Of a stretch of DNA of 64,000 nt, positions 28,183 to 40,311 are shown in pieces. Position numbers and translations under genes: made by a program. The stretch covers positions 1,612,001 to 1,676,000 of the forward strand of contig CATNEN010000012.1 of assembly GCA_950097015.1 (NCBI GenBank). Reading direction: 5' to 3'. This stretch comes from Macrostomum hystrix. Taxonomy: Eukaryota; Animalia; Platyhelminthes. Below the pieces are notes generated by a model that searched no databases, was not told the origin of the DNA, and saw nothing but the letters and a program-made list of their open reading frames with translations. The first letter of the stretch is position 1, and the number at the start of each line of letters is the position of its first letter.

Positions 28183-28689
28183 TCACTTTGTTTAAATTAG
28201 CAGTGTATCGCTTCTAAACACCGGAATAAAAATCCTGAAACACTCAGGAAGTATGCGAAACCATACCTCTATATGGAAATGAGGTTCTTAAGTTGGAAAT
28301 TCTCTAAATTTCCCTCGAGCAAGAAGAAAATGTAACCGTTGAAATTGAAGTCCCGTGTTCCGTAGGCACAGGACCCGACGGGACACCCCAGTCTGGCTAT
28401 CAAGGAAGTTATTAATTTTTAATTGGCCAATTAGCGGCCACCGCTCGGCTGCACGGTCCAAGCCAAGAAATGCCTGCTTCAAATAAAAAGGAAGGACTCG
28501 ACTCTCCGGATCTCCTAAAAATCTGGGCATGGCAACTTTGAGTCAGCGGCTGGAATTCAAGAATTTGCCGAGTTTTTCGGTGGCTTTACAAACTGAAGGA
28601 GAGCAGGGCACCGCCATTGAGCTCGTAGATTTGAATCCAGCAGTGTTTGAGTTTTCTGGACTCCTATTCTTTGAGAATTTTCTAAATGG

Positions 28690-29560
28690 ATTGGGATTCT
28701 CTGAAGTGATAGGGATTCTCTGAAGTGATAGGGATTCTCTGAAGTGATAGGGATTCTCTGAAGTGATAGGGATTCTCTGAAGTGATAGGGATTCTCTGAA
28801 GTGATAGGGATTCTCTGAAGTGATAGGGATTTTCTGAAGTGATAGGCATTTTCGGGATGGGATCGGGATGGGATCGGGATTTTCGGGATGGGATCGGGAT
28901 TTTCGGGATGGGATCGGGATGGGATCGGGATTTTCGGGATGGGATCGGGATGGGATCGGGATTTTCGGGATGGGATCGGGATAGGATCGGGATTTTCGGG
29001 ATGGGATCGGGATTTTCAGGATGGGATCGGGATTTTCGGGATAGGATCGGGATTTTCGGGATGGGATCGGGATGGGATCGGGATTTTCTGAAACGATAGG
29101 GATTTTCTGAATTGATAGGGATTTTCTGAAGTTATAGGCACTTTCGGGGTGGGATTGGGATTTTCTGATATGATTGGGATTTTCGGGATGGGATCGGGAT
29201 TTTAGGGATTGAATTGGGATTTTCGGGATGGGATCGGGATTTTCGTGATGGGATCGGGATTTTCTGAAATGATTGGGACTTTCTGAAGTGATAGGGATTT
29301 TCTGAAACGATAGGGATTTTCTGAATTGATTGGGATTTTCTGAAGTGATAGGGATTTTCGTGATGGGATTGGGATTTTTCGAAGTGATAGGGATTTTTTG
29401 AAGTGATAGAGATTTTCGGGATGAAATTGGGACTTTTGGGATGGGATTAGGATTTTCGGGATGGGATTCGTACTTTCGGGTTGGGATTGGGATTTTCTGA
29501 AGTGTTTGGGATTTTGGGGTTGGCATTGGGATTTTCGGCATGGGATTGGGACGGTATAGG
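28690..29560. repeat. 19-bp minisatellite followed by GGGAT-rich degenerate repeats
   Basis: ATTCTCTGAAGTGATAGGG units, then (GGGAT, GGGATC, GGGATTTTC)n. Confidence 0.93.
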
Positions 29561-30165
29561 ATTTGATTGATTAAACTGAGATTCGGATTTCGCTGGTGGG
29601 TTTGTAAATTTCGGGTTGAGATCAGGATAGTCCGGGTCGGGATGGTGAGATTTCGAAGGGGATTAGGATAGTCCGGGATGGGAATAAATTTATCGGCACT
29701 GGGTAAAGATAGTCCATATGAGACTTCGATAGAAAAATTATTGACAATTCACAATGGGTTTGTGTAGCACAATATCGCAGTCAGTTAGACACAGTTTTCC
29801 CGGATTTGTTTCACTAAAAATGTCATTATCAATCAGAAGACAAAAGACCAGTTCGTTTTGGTATTTAAAAGGCCATTCTAGACAGCCATGTCATTGTCAT
29901 CTGCCTACTGCTGGCTGAGGCTTTCAAAATAGGCCCATAATATTTATTTTTTCTTTTCTGATATGCTGATCTGATAAATTCATTGAAAGCAAAATACCAA
30001 CCTCAAGCAGTCCCGTTGCTTAACCGTCAAAAATTATTTTATTAAATTCAAATTTGTTTGTCTCCGAGCGACAAATCGGCTTTGTGGCTGGCGCGAGTTT
30101 GAATTGTCAATAAAAAATTTTCAAACATTTGAAACTGTCTGAGTCTGTTCAACATTTCGCAAAGA

Positions 30166-30198
<33 letters not shown>

Positions 30199-30229
30199 TG
30201 CGGGTCTTTGAACAGTAAAGACAGGTCTG

Positions 30230-30762
30230 TTAGCCGATGGGGCAGGCCCTGTAATCCTTCAGGCGACACCGCTTACTCAAGCGCTGAAAGTGCTGAAGAA
30301 TGTCAAGGTCGTCATCGACCAGGGGCTCTTCAAATATCGGCCATTGCTCCTGGGGCGGCTGCGGCGGCGGCTGCGGCTGCGGTTCGGCCAAGCCAATGGA
30401 TGCTGCGGCAAGCTGCGGCATCGCGTCGTCGTCTTCGTAGTCTGAAAAGGTATGGACGTTCTGGATATGATTCAAACGGTTTGTCGTGTTTTGGAGGATA
30501 CTAGATGGGATTAGGATAGTCAGGATGGGATTGGGATATTTGGATGGGATTGGGATGTTTGCATGGTATTGGGGAAGGTCACAATTTATGCACATCAGGG
30601 CCAACCCCGAGGCAGGTCACCTGTGTGAGTGTATGCCTGCACAAACATCACTCTGCATGCTTGTGCTCAGGACTTACCGTAGTTGAAGGGCCAGCTGGGT
30701 GGAAAGGCGGCAGTCAGTGACACATACGCAGCTACCAGTACCAGAGCAGTGAGCCTCACCAT
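30230..30762 (-). CDS. Putative 98-aa secreted prepropeptide (neuropeptide-precursor-like): signal peptide, acidic/Pro-rich pro-region, KR, then CRLKDYRACPIG-stop
   Basis: Exon 1 30762-30678 (ATG..TAC G|gtaagt) and exon 2 30441-30230 (ccttttcag|AC TAC..GGC TAA) join in phase (85+212 nt). Product MVRLTALVLVAAYVSLTAA/FPPSWPFNYDYEDDDAMPQ..DILQHFQRLSKR/CRLKDYRACPIG. AATAAA on the minus strand at 30038-30043. Confidence 0.75.
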
Positions 30763-31344
30763 TGCCAATTGCTCAATCGAGTATTGGCTTGAGTAGAGCC
30801 GCGGATGAGAATATACGGTCCGCTTTTAATTTCCCCTGACGGTGGTGATAAGAATTGAGTGGCCGGTTGGAATCGCTTTGGGGGTTGTTAAATGCGGCTG
30901 GTTCTGCAATAGTCGCAAACAGGTCGCATCTGATTGGCTAGGAGAATTCACTGCTCAGCTGCCAGTGGTTGAGCAGTTTGTCTCGAGTGACGGGTGCTCA
31001 TAGAAGATGCTCGATTGTACTTTTGTGTAATTAAAAAATCTTTTCGATCTCTGATAAGTGCTCTCGGTTGTCATTCGTTGCAAGGTAAAGGCGAATAAGC
31101 CTTTACCTTGATCCTCAGAACCTCATTTTTTACAGATTGTCTTCATATCGATTGCAAAGTAGCTCATGCTTGAAATTTTCAGTGAGACACTGACACACTG
31201 AGAACCACATAGACACTTTTTTCTATTATGAGAAAATTGGTCAAGGAAAATGTTTTATTGGTCACCGCTAAGCAAATAAAAGAGTGTATTCATTTTATTC
31301 ATTAAGTTATCACTAAAAATGGAAAATTTTATTACATTTTTTGG

Positions 31345-32712
31345 CTGTAGAACTGCTGCTGCTGACTGTGGAACTGCTGCTGCTGAATCTGGAACTGTTG
31401 CTGGCTGTGGAACTGCTGCTGACTGTGGTACTGCTGCTGGCTGTGGAACTGCTGCTGGCTGTGGAACTGCTGCTGGCTGTGGAACTGCTGCTGGATGTGG
31501 AACTGCTGCTGCTGAATCTGGAACTGTTGCTGGCTGTGGAACTGCTGCTGGCTGTGGAACTGCTGCTGGCTGTGGAACTGCTGCTGGCTGTGGAACTGCT
31601 GCTGGCTGTGGAACTGCTGCTGGCTGTGGAACTGCTGCTGGATGTGGAACTGTTGCTGGCTGTGGAACTGCTGCTGCTGAATCTGGAACTGTTGCTGGCT
31701 GTGGAACTGCTGCTGACTGTGGAACTGCTGCTGACTGTGGAACTGCTGCTGGCTGTGGAACTGCTGCTGACTGTGGAACTGCTGCTGACTGTGGAACTGC
31801 TGCTGGCTGTGGAACTGCTGCTGACTGTGGAACTGTTGCTGGCTGTGGAACTGCTGCTGCTGAATCTGGAACTGTTGCTGGCTGTGGAACTGCTGCTGAC
31901 TGTGGAACTGCTGCTGACTGTGGAACTGCTGCTGGCTGTGGAACTGCTGCTGACTGTGGAACTGCTGCTGACTGTGGAACTGCTGCTGGCTGTGGAACTG
32001 CTGCTGACTGTGGAACTGCTGCTGGCTGTGGAACTGCTGCTGTGTGGAACTGCTGCTGTGTGAAACTGTTGCTGGCTGTGGAACTGCTGCTGACTGTGGA
32101 ACTGCTGCTGGCTGTGGAACTGCTGCTGTGTGGAACTGCTGCTGTGTGGAACTGTTGCTGGCTGTGGAACTGCTGCTGTGTGGAACTGCTGCTGTGTGAA
32201 ACTGCTGCTGGATGTGGAAGTGCTGCTGAATCTGGAACTGCTGCTGGCTGTGGAACTGCTGCTGTGTGGAACTGCTGCTGGCTGTGGAACTGCTGCTGTG
32301 TGGAACTGCTGCTGGCTGTGGAACTGCTGCTGTGTGGAACTGCTGCTGGCTGTGGAACTGCTGCTGTGTGGAACTGCTGCTGGCTGTGGAACTGCCGCTG
32401 CTGACTGTGGAACTGCTGCTGTGTGGAACTGCTGCTGGCTGTGGAACTGCTGCTGCTGACTGCGGAACTGCTGCTGCTGGCTGTGGAACTGCTGCTGTGT
32501 GGAACTGCTGCTGTGTAGAACTGCTGCTGGCAGTGGAACTGCTGCTTGCTGTGGAACTGCGTCTGCTGACTGTGGAACTGCTGCTGCTGGCTGTGGAACT
32601 GCTGCTGTGTGGAACTGCTGCTGTGTAGAACTGCTGCTGGCAGTGGAACTGCTGCTTGCTGTGGAACTGCGTCTGCTGACTGTGGAACTGCTGCTGCTGG
32701 CTGTGGAAGTGC
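31345..32712. repeat. 18-bp minisatellite with CTG-length variants
   Basis: Unit GGCTGTGGAACTGCTGCT. Confidence 0.95.
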
Positions 32713-33216
32713 AGCTATGAACTATAATGAACTATATTCTTAATAATTCACCCGACTAGACTTGAATCCATCTAATTTGAATTGCATCCGTCTATTTTTT
32801 TGCCTTTTTTCTATAGAAAACCTTGATTATATTTTTAAGCATGACCTTTTACTAGCAATAAAGCTATAGTTCAGAAGAACTTGAAAATCAAATTAATTCA
32901 CGCTAAGAAGGCACCCTACAATCATGAGTTGGGAATTCATCAGAAACTTTTTTGTTTTAAATCTTTAGAGACATTTTCAATTTAAAAGTTCTATTTTTAG
33001 AATTGGTGCTTCATTGTCCAAAGCGAGCACAATGGCACAATAAATTATATGGACCACCCCTCTGGCACTGCCAACCCACCCCAGGCCCTGAGGACGAAGA
33101 GCTCAAATGATCCAGGATTTGCTCGCAGCATCAAATCTTGGATGCTTGATAAGCAAATCTTAAACAAGCCACTCAAAGCATTCTGCTTAGCGACAACAGC
33201 TCAACAGCCCAGAACA

Positions 33217-36200
33217 ATGCGACCTGGCGATGTCGGCCTGGCTGCGGCCTGCGCCATCGCAGCAGTCGTGCTTTTAGCTGCTGCAGCCGCAGCCTTGGCT
33301 CTCTGGCTTCGGCGGCGCGATGAAATCGGCGAATCCCGACCGGCTGCTGGTAGCCCGGAGGCGCCAAGAGTCTGCTCAGAGCTGCTGCTGAGGCCCCTGC
33401 CGACACCTCCGATGGACACCGCCTTGACGGCCGTGCAGCCGCAGATTCCAGCGTTGGACGATCCCTTCGAAGTCGAGTTCGACCCCGACAATTTGCGGCT
33501 GGGAAATTCTGCCCACCTAGCCATGCTGGAGAAGCTCGGGCAGCTGCGATTGGTGGAAGGTTGGTCACATGACCTATGCTGCCAGCAATCCTGTGTCTAT
33601 GCTGATAGCAATCCTGTGTCTATGCTGATAGCAATCCTGTGTCTATGCTGCCAGCAATCCTGTGTCTATGCTGATAGCAATCCTGTGTCTATGCTGATAG
33701 CAATCCTGTGTCTATGCTGCCAGCAATCCTGTGTCTATGCTGCCAGCAATCCTGTGTCTATGCTGCCAGCAATCATGTGTCTATGCTGATAGCAATCCTG
33801 TGTCTATGCTGCCAGCAATCCTGTGTCTATGCTGCCAGCAATCCTGTGTCTATGCTGATAGCAATCCTGTGTCTATGCTGATAGCAATCCTGTGTCTATG
33901 CTGATAGCAATCCTGTGTCTATGCTGATAGCAATCCTGTGTCTATGCTGATAGCAATCCTGTGTCTATGCTGCCAGCAATCCTGTGTCTATGCTGCCAGC
34001 AATCCTGTGTCTATGCTGATAGCAATCCTGTGTCTATGCTGCCAGCAATCCTGTGTCTATGCTGATAGCAATCCTGTGTCTATGCTGATAGCAATCCTGT
34101 GTCTATGCTGATAGCAATCCTGTGTCTATGCTGATAGCAATCCTGTGTCTATGCTGATAGCAATCCTGTGTCTATGCTGATAGCAATCCTGTGTCTATGC
34201 TGCCAGCAATCCTGTGTCTATGCTGATAGCAATCCTGTGTCTATGCTGATAGCAATCCTGTGCCTATGCTGATAGCAATCCTGTGTCTATGCTGCCAGCA
34301 ATCCTGTGTCTATGCTGATAGCAATCCTGTGTCTATGCTGATAGCAATCCTGTGTCTATGCTGCCAGCAATCCTGTGTCTATGCTGATAGCAATCCTGTG
34401 TCTATGCTGATAGCAATCCTGTGTCTATGCTGATAGCAATCCTCTGTCTATGCTGCCAGCAATCCTGTGTCTATGCTGATAGAAATCCTGTGTCTATGCT
34501 GATAGCAATCCTGTGTCTATGCTGATAGCAATCCTGTGTCTATGCTGCCAGCAATCCTGTGTCTATGCTGCCAGCAATCCTGTGTCTATGCTGATAGCAA
34601 TCCTGTGTCTATGCTGATAGCAATCCTGTGTCTATGCTGATAGCAATCCTGTGTCTATGCTGCCAGCAATCCTGTGTCTATGCTGATAGCAATCCTGTGT
34701 CTATGCTGCCAGCAATCCTGTGTCTATGCTGATAGCAATCCTGTGTCTATGCTGATAGCAATCCTGTGTCTATGCTGATAGCAATCCTGTGTCTATGCTG
34801 ATAGCAATCCTGTGTCTATGCTGCCAGCAATCCTGTGTCTATGCTGATAGCAATCCTGTGTCTATGCTGATAGCAATCCTGTGTCTATGCTGATAGCAAT
34901 CCTGTGTCTATGCTGATAGCAATCCTGTGTCTATGCTGATAGCAATCCTGTGTCTATGCTGCCAGCAATCCTGTGTCTATGCTGCCAGCAATCCTGTGTC
35001 TATGCTGATAGCAATCCTGTGTCTATGCTGCCAGCAATCCTGTGTCTATGCTGATAGCAATCCTGTGTCTATGCTGATAGCAATCCTGTGTCTATGCTGA
35101 TAGCAATCCTGTGTCTATGCTGCCAGCAATCCTGTGTCTATGCTGCCAGCAATCCTGTGTCTATGCTGATAGCAATCCTATGTCTATGCTGATAGCAATC
35201 CTGTGTCTATGCTGATAGCAATCCTGTGTCTATGCTGATAGCAATCCTGTGTCTATGCTGCCAGCAATCCTGTGTCTATGCTGCCAGCAATCCTGTGTCT
35301 ATGCTGATAGCAATCCTGTGTCTATGCTGATAGCAATCCTGTGTCTATGCTGATAGCAATCCTGTGTCTATGCTGATAGCAATCCTGTGTCTATGCTGAT
35401 AGCAATCCTGTGTCTATGCTGATAGCAATCCTGTGTCTATGCTGCCAGCAATCCTGTGTCTATGCTGCCAGCAATCCTGTGTCTATGCTGATAGCAATCC
35501 TGTGTCTATGCTGATAGCAATCCTGTGTCTATGCTGCCAGCAATCCTGTGTCTATGCTGATAGCAATCCTGTGTCTATGCTGATAGCAATCCTGTGTCTA
35601 TGCTGATAGCAATCCTGTGTCTATGCTGATAGCAATCCTGTGTCTATGCTGATAGCAATCCTGTGTCTATGCTGCCAGCAATCCTGTGTCTATGCTGCCA
35701 GCAATCCTGTGTCTAAGCTGCCAGCAATCCTGTGTCTATGCTGCCAGCAATCCTGTGTCTATGCTGCCAGCAATCCTGTGTCTATGCTGATAGCTGAAAT
35801 CTCACCATTGTGTCTCACCATCATATTTTAAGACTCTTTTATCCAATCTGCTAGTCTCAGCATATCCAGCATTTTTAGCCATTGCTTTAGGTTCTCTTTG
35901 AGGCGCTCCGGAAACTTACAAAGTCTGGTGCCTTTGGAAATTCCGAACAAATCAACTCGGCTGTTTCCGCCCCTTCCTGGCTGTCCTTATCTATTTTGGT
36001 CTTGACTTTGGCTTTATGTGTTGAAATTCTCATAGTTGCGACAGATCTCAAAAGCCGTTTTAAGACATGTCGAAAATCGTATTTTCAGCTACTTGAGGCC
36101 CAAGTATTTTTCTATCTACTCAGTTCTATTTGAGCTCACTTCCCACCTCTCTGGAAAGCCTTTGTCACCTGAGCGACACTTCTGAAGCTCGAGTGTCACC

Positions 36201-37729
36201 TCCTAGCAATTCAGTCGCTTAAGTCGTGTGAAAGTCTATTGTAATATACACTTTCCTTATATTTCCTCAAGTGCATATTCCGCCACTAATCATTTGCTGC
36301 GCTGGCTGATTGGAAATGTTCAACGGAATTTCTGCAGGCCCGTGCAGCCCTCCAGCAGATTGGAAGCCGTCTCACCCGGCCACCCACCCCACTCCTCTCA
36401 GGCCCGTGCACCCTCCAGCAGATTGGAAGCCGTCTCACCCGGCCACCCACCCCACTCCTCTCAGGCCCGTGCACCCTCCAGCAGATTGGAAGCCGTCACA
36501 CCCGGCCACCCACCCCACTCCTCTCAGGCCCGTGCACCCTCCAGCAGATTGGAAGCCGTCTCACCCGGCCACCCACCCCACTCCTCTCAGGCCCGTGCAG
36601 CCCTTCAGACTGGAAGCTGCTGCTATTCATGCAGCGCATCCCGTCGGAGCGATCGTTCACTGTTGGCATTGTGAAAGCCGAGCCCAATTCCAACTACGAT
36701 CCAATCAAAGAGCTGGAAAATGCAGTTTACTACGGCGAATCGCAGGTGCGAGAACAACTTTTGCGAGTGACCTACCAGTGTCGTCTGTCCATCACCATCC
36801 AGGATCAAATTGGTACCTGGATGAAGCAGGCCACACCTCCGAGCAAGACGCCTAACTGGTCAACTGCATCCGATAACGGAGCCGAGTTTCGTTTTACTGA
36901 CTGGCCCGGCGAGCATGACCTTGACTACAAGCCATGCATTCTATTAGAGTTGGTGCGCTGCGTTTCCGTAGCAACCGAGGACGCGGTGGCTGTTAAAGAG
37001 GATGAGGATAACCGAAAAAAAGGTAACTGTGGCCTCCCCAGTCAATATTTGCTCAATTGTAGTCCTGGATTGTTGAAGAAATACAGAAAAGATTTCGATT
37101 TTCTTTCAGCTTTTCGCAGAGCATCCAATTCCAGCATTGGCAGCTCCAAGCTGACGACCACCAGCGTCCTTGGCTGCGGCCAGGTGCTGGCGAACCTCCC
37201 GTCAAGCGGCCGGCTCTGCCTGTGGAAGCGTCTGGACAGCTCCGTCAGCTCGCCGCCCATCCACCGCGGCTGCGTCCTGCTGGAAGTGACGCCCGCGACT
37301 GCCGCCGCTGCCACCGCAGCCACATCCGGCCGTTTAGAAATCTCGCTGCGACTCCTGGCCTGCACCGGCCTGTTCGAGTGGCCGACTCGACCCCACAGCT
37401 GCCGGGCCGCCGTGTGCCTTCGCCTGGCGCCGGGCCTGCGACCTGCCAAGCTGCGGAAATGGCCCCCCGTCACGGCCTCCGAGCCCGTCGGCGACTTTCG
37501 CTGGTCGCACAAGGCCGTCCGCTTCCGAGTGCCGGCGGCGTCACTTGCCGTGGCGAGGCTGGAGATCTCAGTCGAGGTGGGCGACCCTCCACGGCTTCGC
37601 TGGCAGCCGGCGGGCTCACTGCATCTCGCCTGGACAGCCGACCGGCCCGACTGTCGCAAGCTCTGGCGCTGGCTGACCGCTCGAGATACCGACACAGAGC
37701 CGCGAAGGGCTCGACTGCCGCTAGACTGA
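33217..37729 (+). CDS. Synaptotagmin-like protein: N-terminal TM anchor plus two divergent C2 domains, about 487 aa
   Basis: Exon 1 33217-33559 (MRPGDVGLAAACAIAAVVLLAAAAAALALWLRRR.., phase-1 donor G|gttgg) and exon 2 36609-37729 (cccttcag|AC TGG). C2-like segments WKLLLFMQRIPSERSFTVGIVKAE and GRLEISLRLLACTGL..VRFRVPAASLAVARLEISVEVG..AGSLHL. The start codon is inferred; an in-frame ATG also exists at 33049. Confidence 0.6.
33575..35792. repeat. 23-bp minisatellite, about 96 copies (intron of the C2 gene)
   Basis: Unit ATGCTG(AT/CC)AGCAATCCTGTGTCT. Confidence 0.98.
36335..36620. repeat. 63-bp tandem repeat (4 full copies plus a partial one) overlapping the exon-2 acceptor of the C2 gene
   Basis: Unit GGCCCGTGCACCCTCCAGCAGATTGGAAGCCGTCTCACCCGGCCACCCACCCCACTCCTCTCA. 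Confidence 0.93.
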
Positions 37730-38364
37730 CTAACCGACTGACTGACTCGCTACTTGCTGCTGAAGCTCTACTCAGTAGTGTACTGTGAGCATGAGTCAGC
37801 TAAATCATAAGTAGCTAGTCACATTCCCAGGCAGAATAGTAAAGTGAAATACAATTTTCTGTCCATCCAAGCCACATAATTATTGGTGAAAGCAGCATAA
37901 CAAAGTAGACTGTAATTCGATTGCTAAAAATAACTCGAACGCGCATTACTGAACCACAGCGACAGGAAGTGCCAGAAATTTCTAACAAATTCAACATCCC
38001 CCCGATTTGTTTGCGCTACGAGTAAGTAAGATTCATCAAATCGCACGCGTGTTACGCAATCAATTTACAGATCATTGCGACTGCAACCGTTTGGACAATT
38101 TCTATTCATGCGGCCAGCGAGATGTCTACTTTGATTTGAGATACAGAGTAACCTGCATACGAGCGTAATATTCTCCTATGGAGCAATGGGTTGCAGTAAG
38201 AACGCGAGACACTCAGTTCCACTGTCTGTTGTCCGAAAGCTAAATTTAAGTTGACATCTCTGCCCGGCTAGTTCGGAAGAAGCGATAAAACAATAAGTCT
38301 AGTCTCCAGGCGGTTGTCATGCAGCCAATTAGAGAAAGACGAAACAGACAGGCTTAAGCAAGAC

Positions 38365-39545
38365 ATACAGGCTTGAACATCACAGATAGACAGGCTTGAA
38401 CATGACAGATAGACAGGCTTGAACATCACAGATAGACAGGCTTGAACATGACAGATAGACAGGCTTGAACATCACAGATAGACAGGCTTGAACATCACAG
38501 ATAGACAGGCTTGAACATCACACATAGACAGGCTTGAACATCACAGATAGACAGGCTTGAACATCACAGATAGACAGGCTTGAACATCACAGATAGACAG
38601 GCTTGAACATCACAGATAGACAGGCTTGAACATCACAGATAGACAGGCTTGAACATCACAGATAGACAGGCTTGAACATCACAGATAGACAGGCTTGAAC
38701 ATCACAGATAGACAGGCTTGAAAATCACAGATAGACAGGCTTGAACATCACAGATAGACAGGCTTGAAAATCACAGATAGACAGGCTTGAACATCACACA
38801 TAGACAGGCTTGAACATGACAGATAGACAGGCTTGAACATCACAGATAGACAGGCTTGAACATCACAGATAGACAGGCTTAAACATCACAAATAGACAGG
38901 CTTGAACATGACAGATAGACAGGCTTGAACATCACAGATAGACAGGCTTGAACATCACAGATAGACAGGCTTGAACATCACAGATAGACAGGCTTGAACA
39001 TCACAGATAGACAGGCTTGAACATCACAGATAGACAGGCTTGAACATCACAGATAGACAGGCTTGAACATCACAGATAGACAGGCTTGAACATGACAGAT
39101 AGACAGGCTTGAACATCACAGATAGACAGGCTTGAACATCACAGATAGACAGGCTTGAACATGACAGATAGACAAGCTTGAACATCACAGATAGACAGGC
39201 TTGAACATCACAGATAGACAGGCTTGAACATCACAGATAGACAGGCTTGAACATCACAGATAGACAGGCTTGAACATCACAGATAGACAGGCTTGAACAT
39301 CACAGATAGACAGGCTTGAACATGACAGATAGACAAGCTTGAACATCACAGATAGACAGGCTTGAACATCACAGATAGACAGGCTTGAACATCACAGATG
39401 ATAGGCTAAAGCCACTAAGTTAACAGGTGAAAGCCTTTGAGCTAACAGGTGAAAGCCTCTGAGCTAACAGGTGAAAGCCTCTGAGCTAACAGGTGAGAGC
39501 CACTAAGTTAACAGGTTAAAGCTTCTAATTTGACAGGTGAAATCT
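38365..39545. repeat. 23-bp minisatellite followed by a short 22-bp array
   Basis: ACATCACAGATAGACAGGCTTGA, then GAGCTAACAGGTGAAAGCCTCT from about 39410. Confidence 0.95.
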
Positions 39546-40311
39546 AAAAAATTTACCGGCAAAAGCAACGCAATTACCAGCTCGAATTATTACATGCAGA
39601 ATATTTCAATCGAGAAGGTAAATTTAGTTAGTGAAATGTTAGCCAAAACAGTCGCGACCATGTTTTACGCAAAAAAAATAGTTTAGTGTTTGTCTGTGTT
39701 TCTACAGCTGCATTCTACACACAGGGCTTCGTGAGACTTCCTGTGGGACATCGGCCAAAACAAACTGGCCCTGAAATTCGGCCTCCCTCAGGTCCGCTTA
39801 GTCCTGGCCAGCAATTCAATTTGGCAAATTATTGAATCACTTTAACGCTCCTGGGCCCCAGTGTCCGAAAGATGCCGCCGCCGCCGCCTAAGCCACTTCT
39901 TTTAGTCCGTGAAATCCGCCAAGTCCATAGGCTCTTCCCTCAAAGCAGCTTTGATCCGGGCCTGGGATGCTTTTCCTTCCTTATGCAAATTTTATTGCCG
40001 CAGTCGGTGCCTAAAACACTCTCCTCCCTAACTCTCTATTCTCCCACTTTCCTTTTTCCCATTCACTGGCCGGCTGTGCTCAAAGTGATGCACTCAAATA
40101 TGCGGCGGCAATTCTTAGCGGCTGTATGGTTGCTATGCTCACCTGGTCGATAATACTTTTTGAGCGAAGGCATGTAAGTTTCAATGGAATTTGAGACGGC
40201 AGCATTGTTTCACCCTGTCATGGTCGCCTTAGGTTAGAATTAAAGAAATATTTTTAACTGCTACATTAAAAGGATATTCAGTAGTTTGTAACATACTGCA
40301 ATAAAATAGCA

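Noticed and set aside
31319-32720. CGTAA/VELLL repeat ORFs resembling antifreeze or adhesive proteins
   Set aside because: An 18-bp array open in multiple frames with frame-shifting variants; no signal peptide or supported exon.
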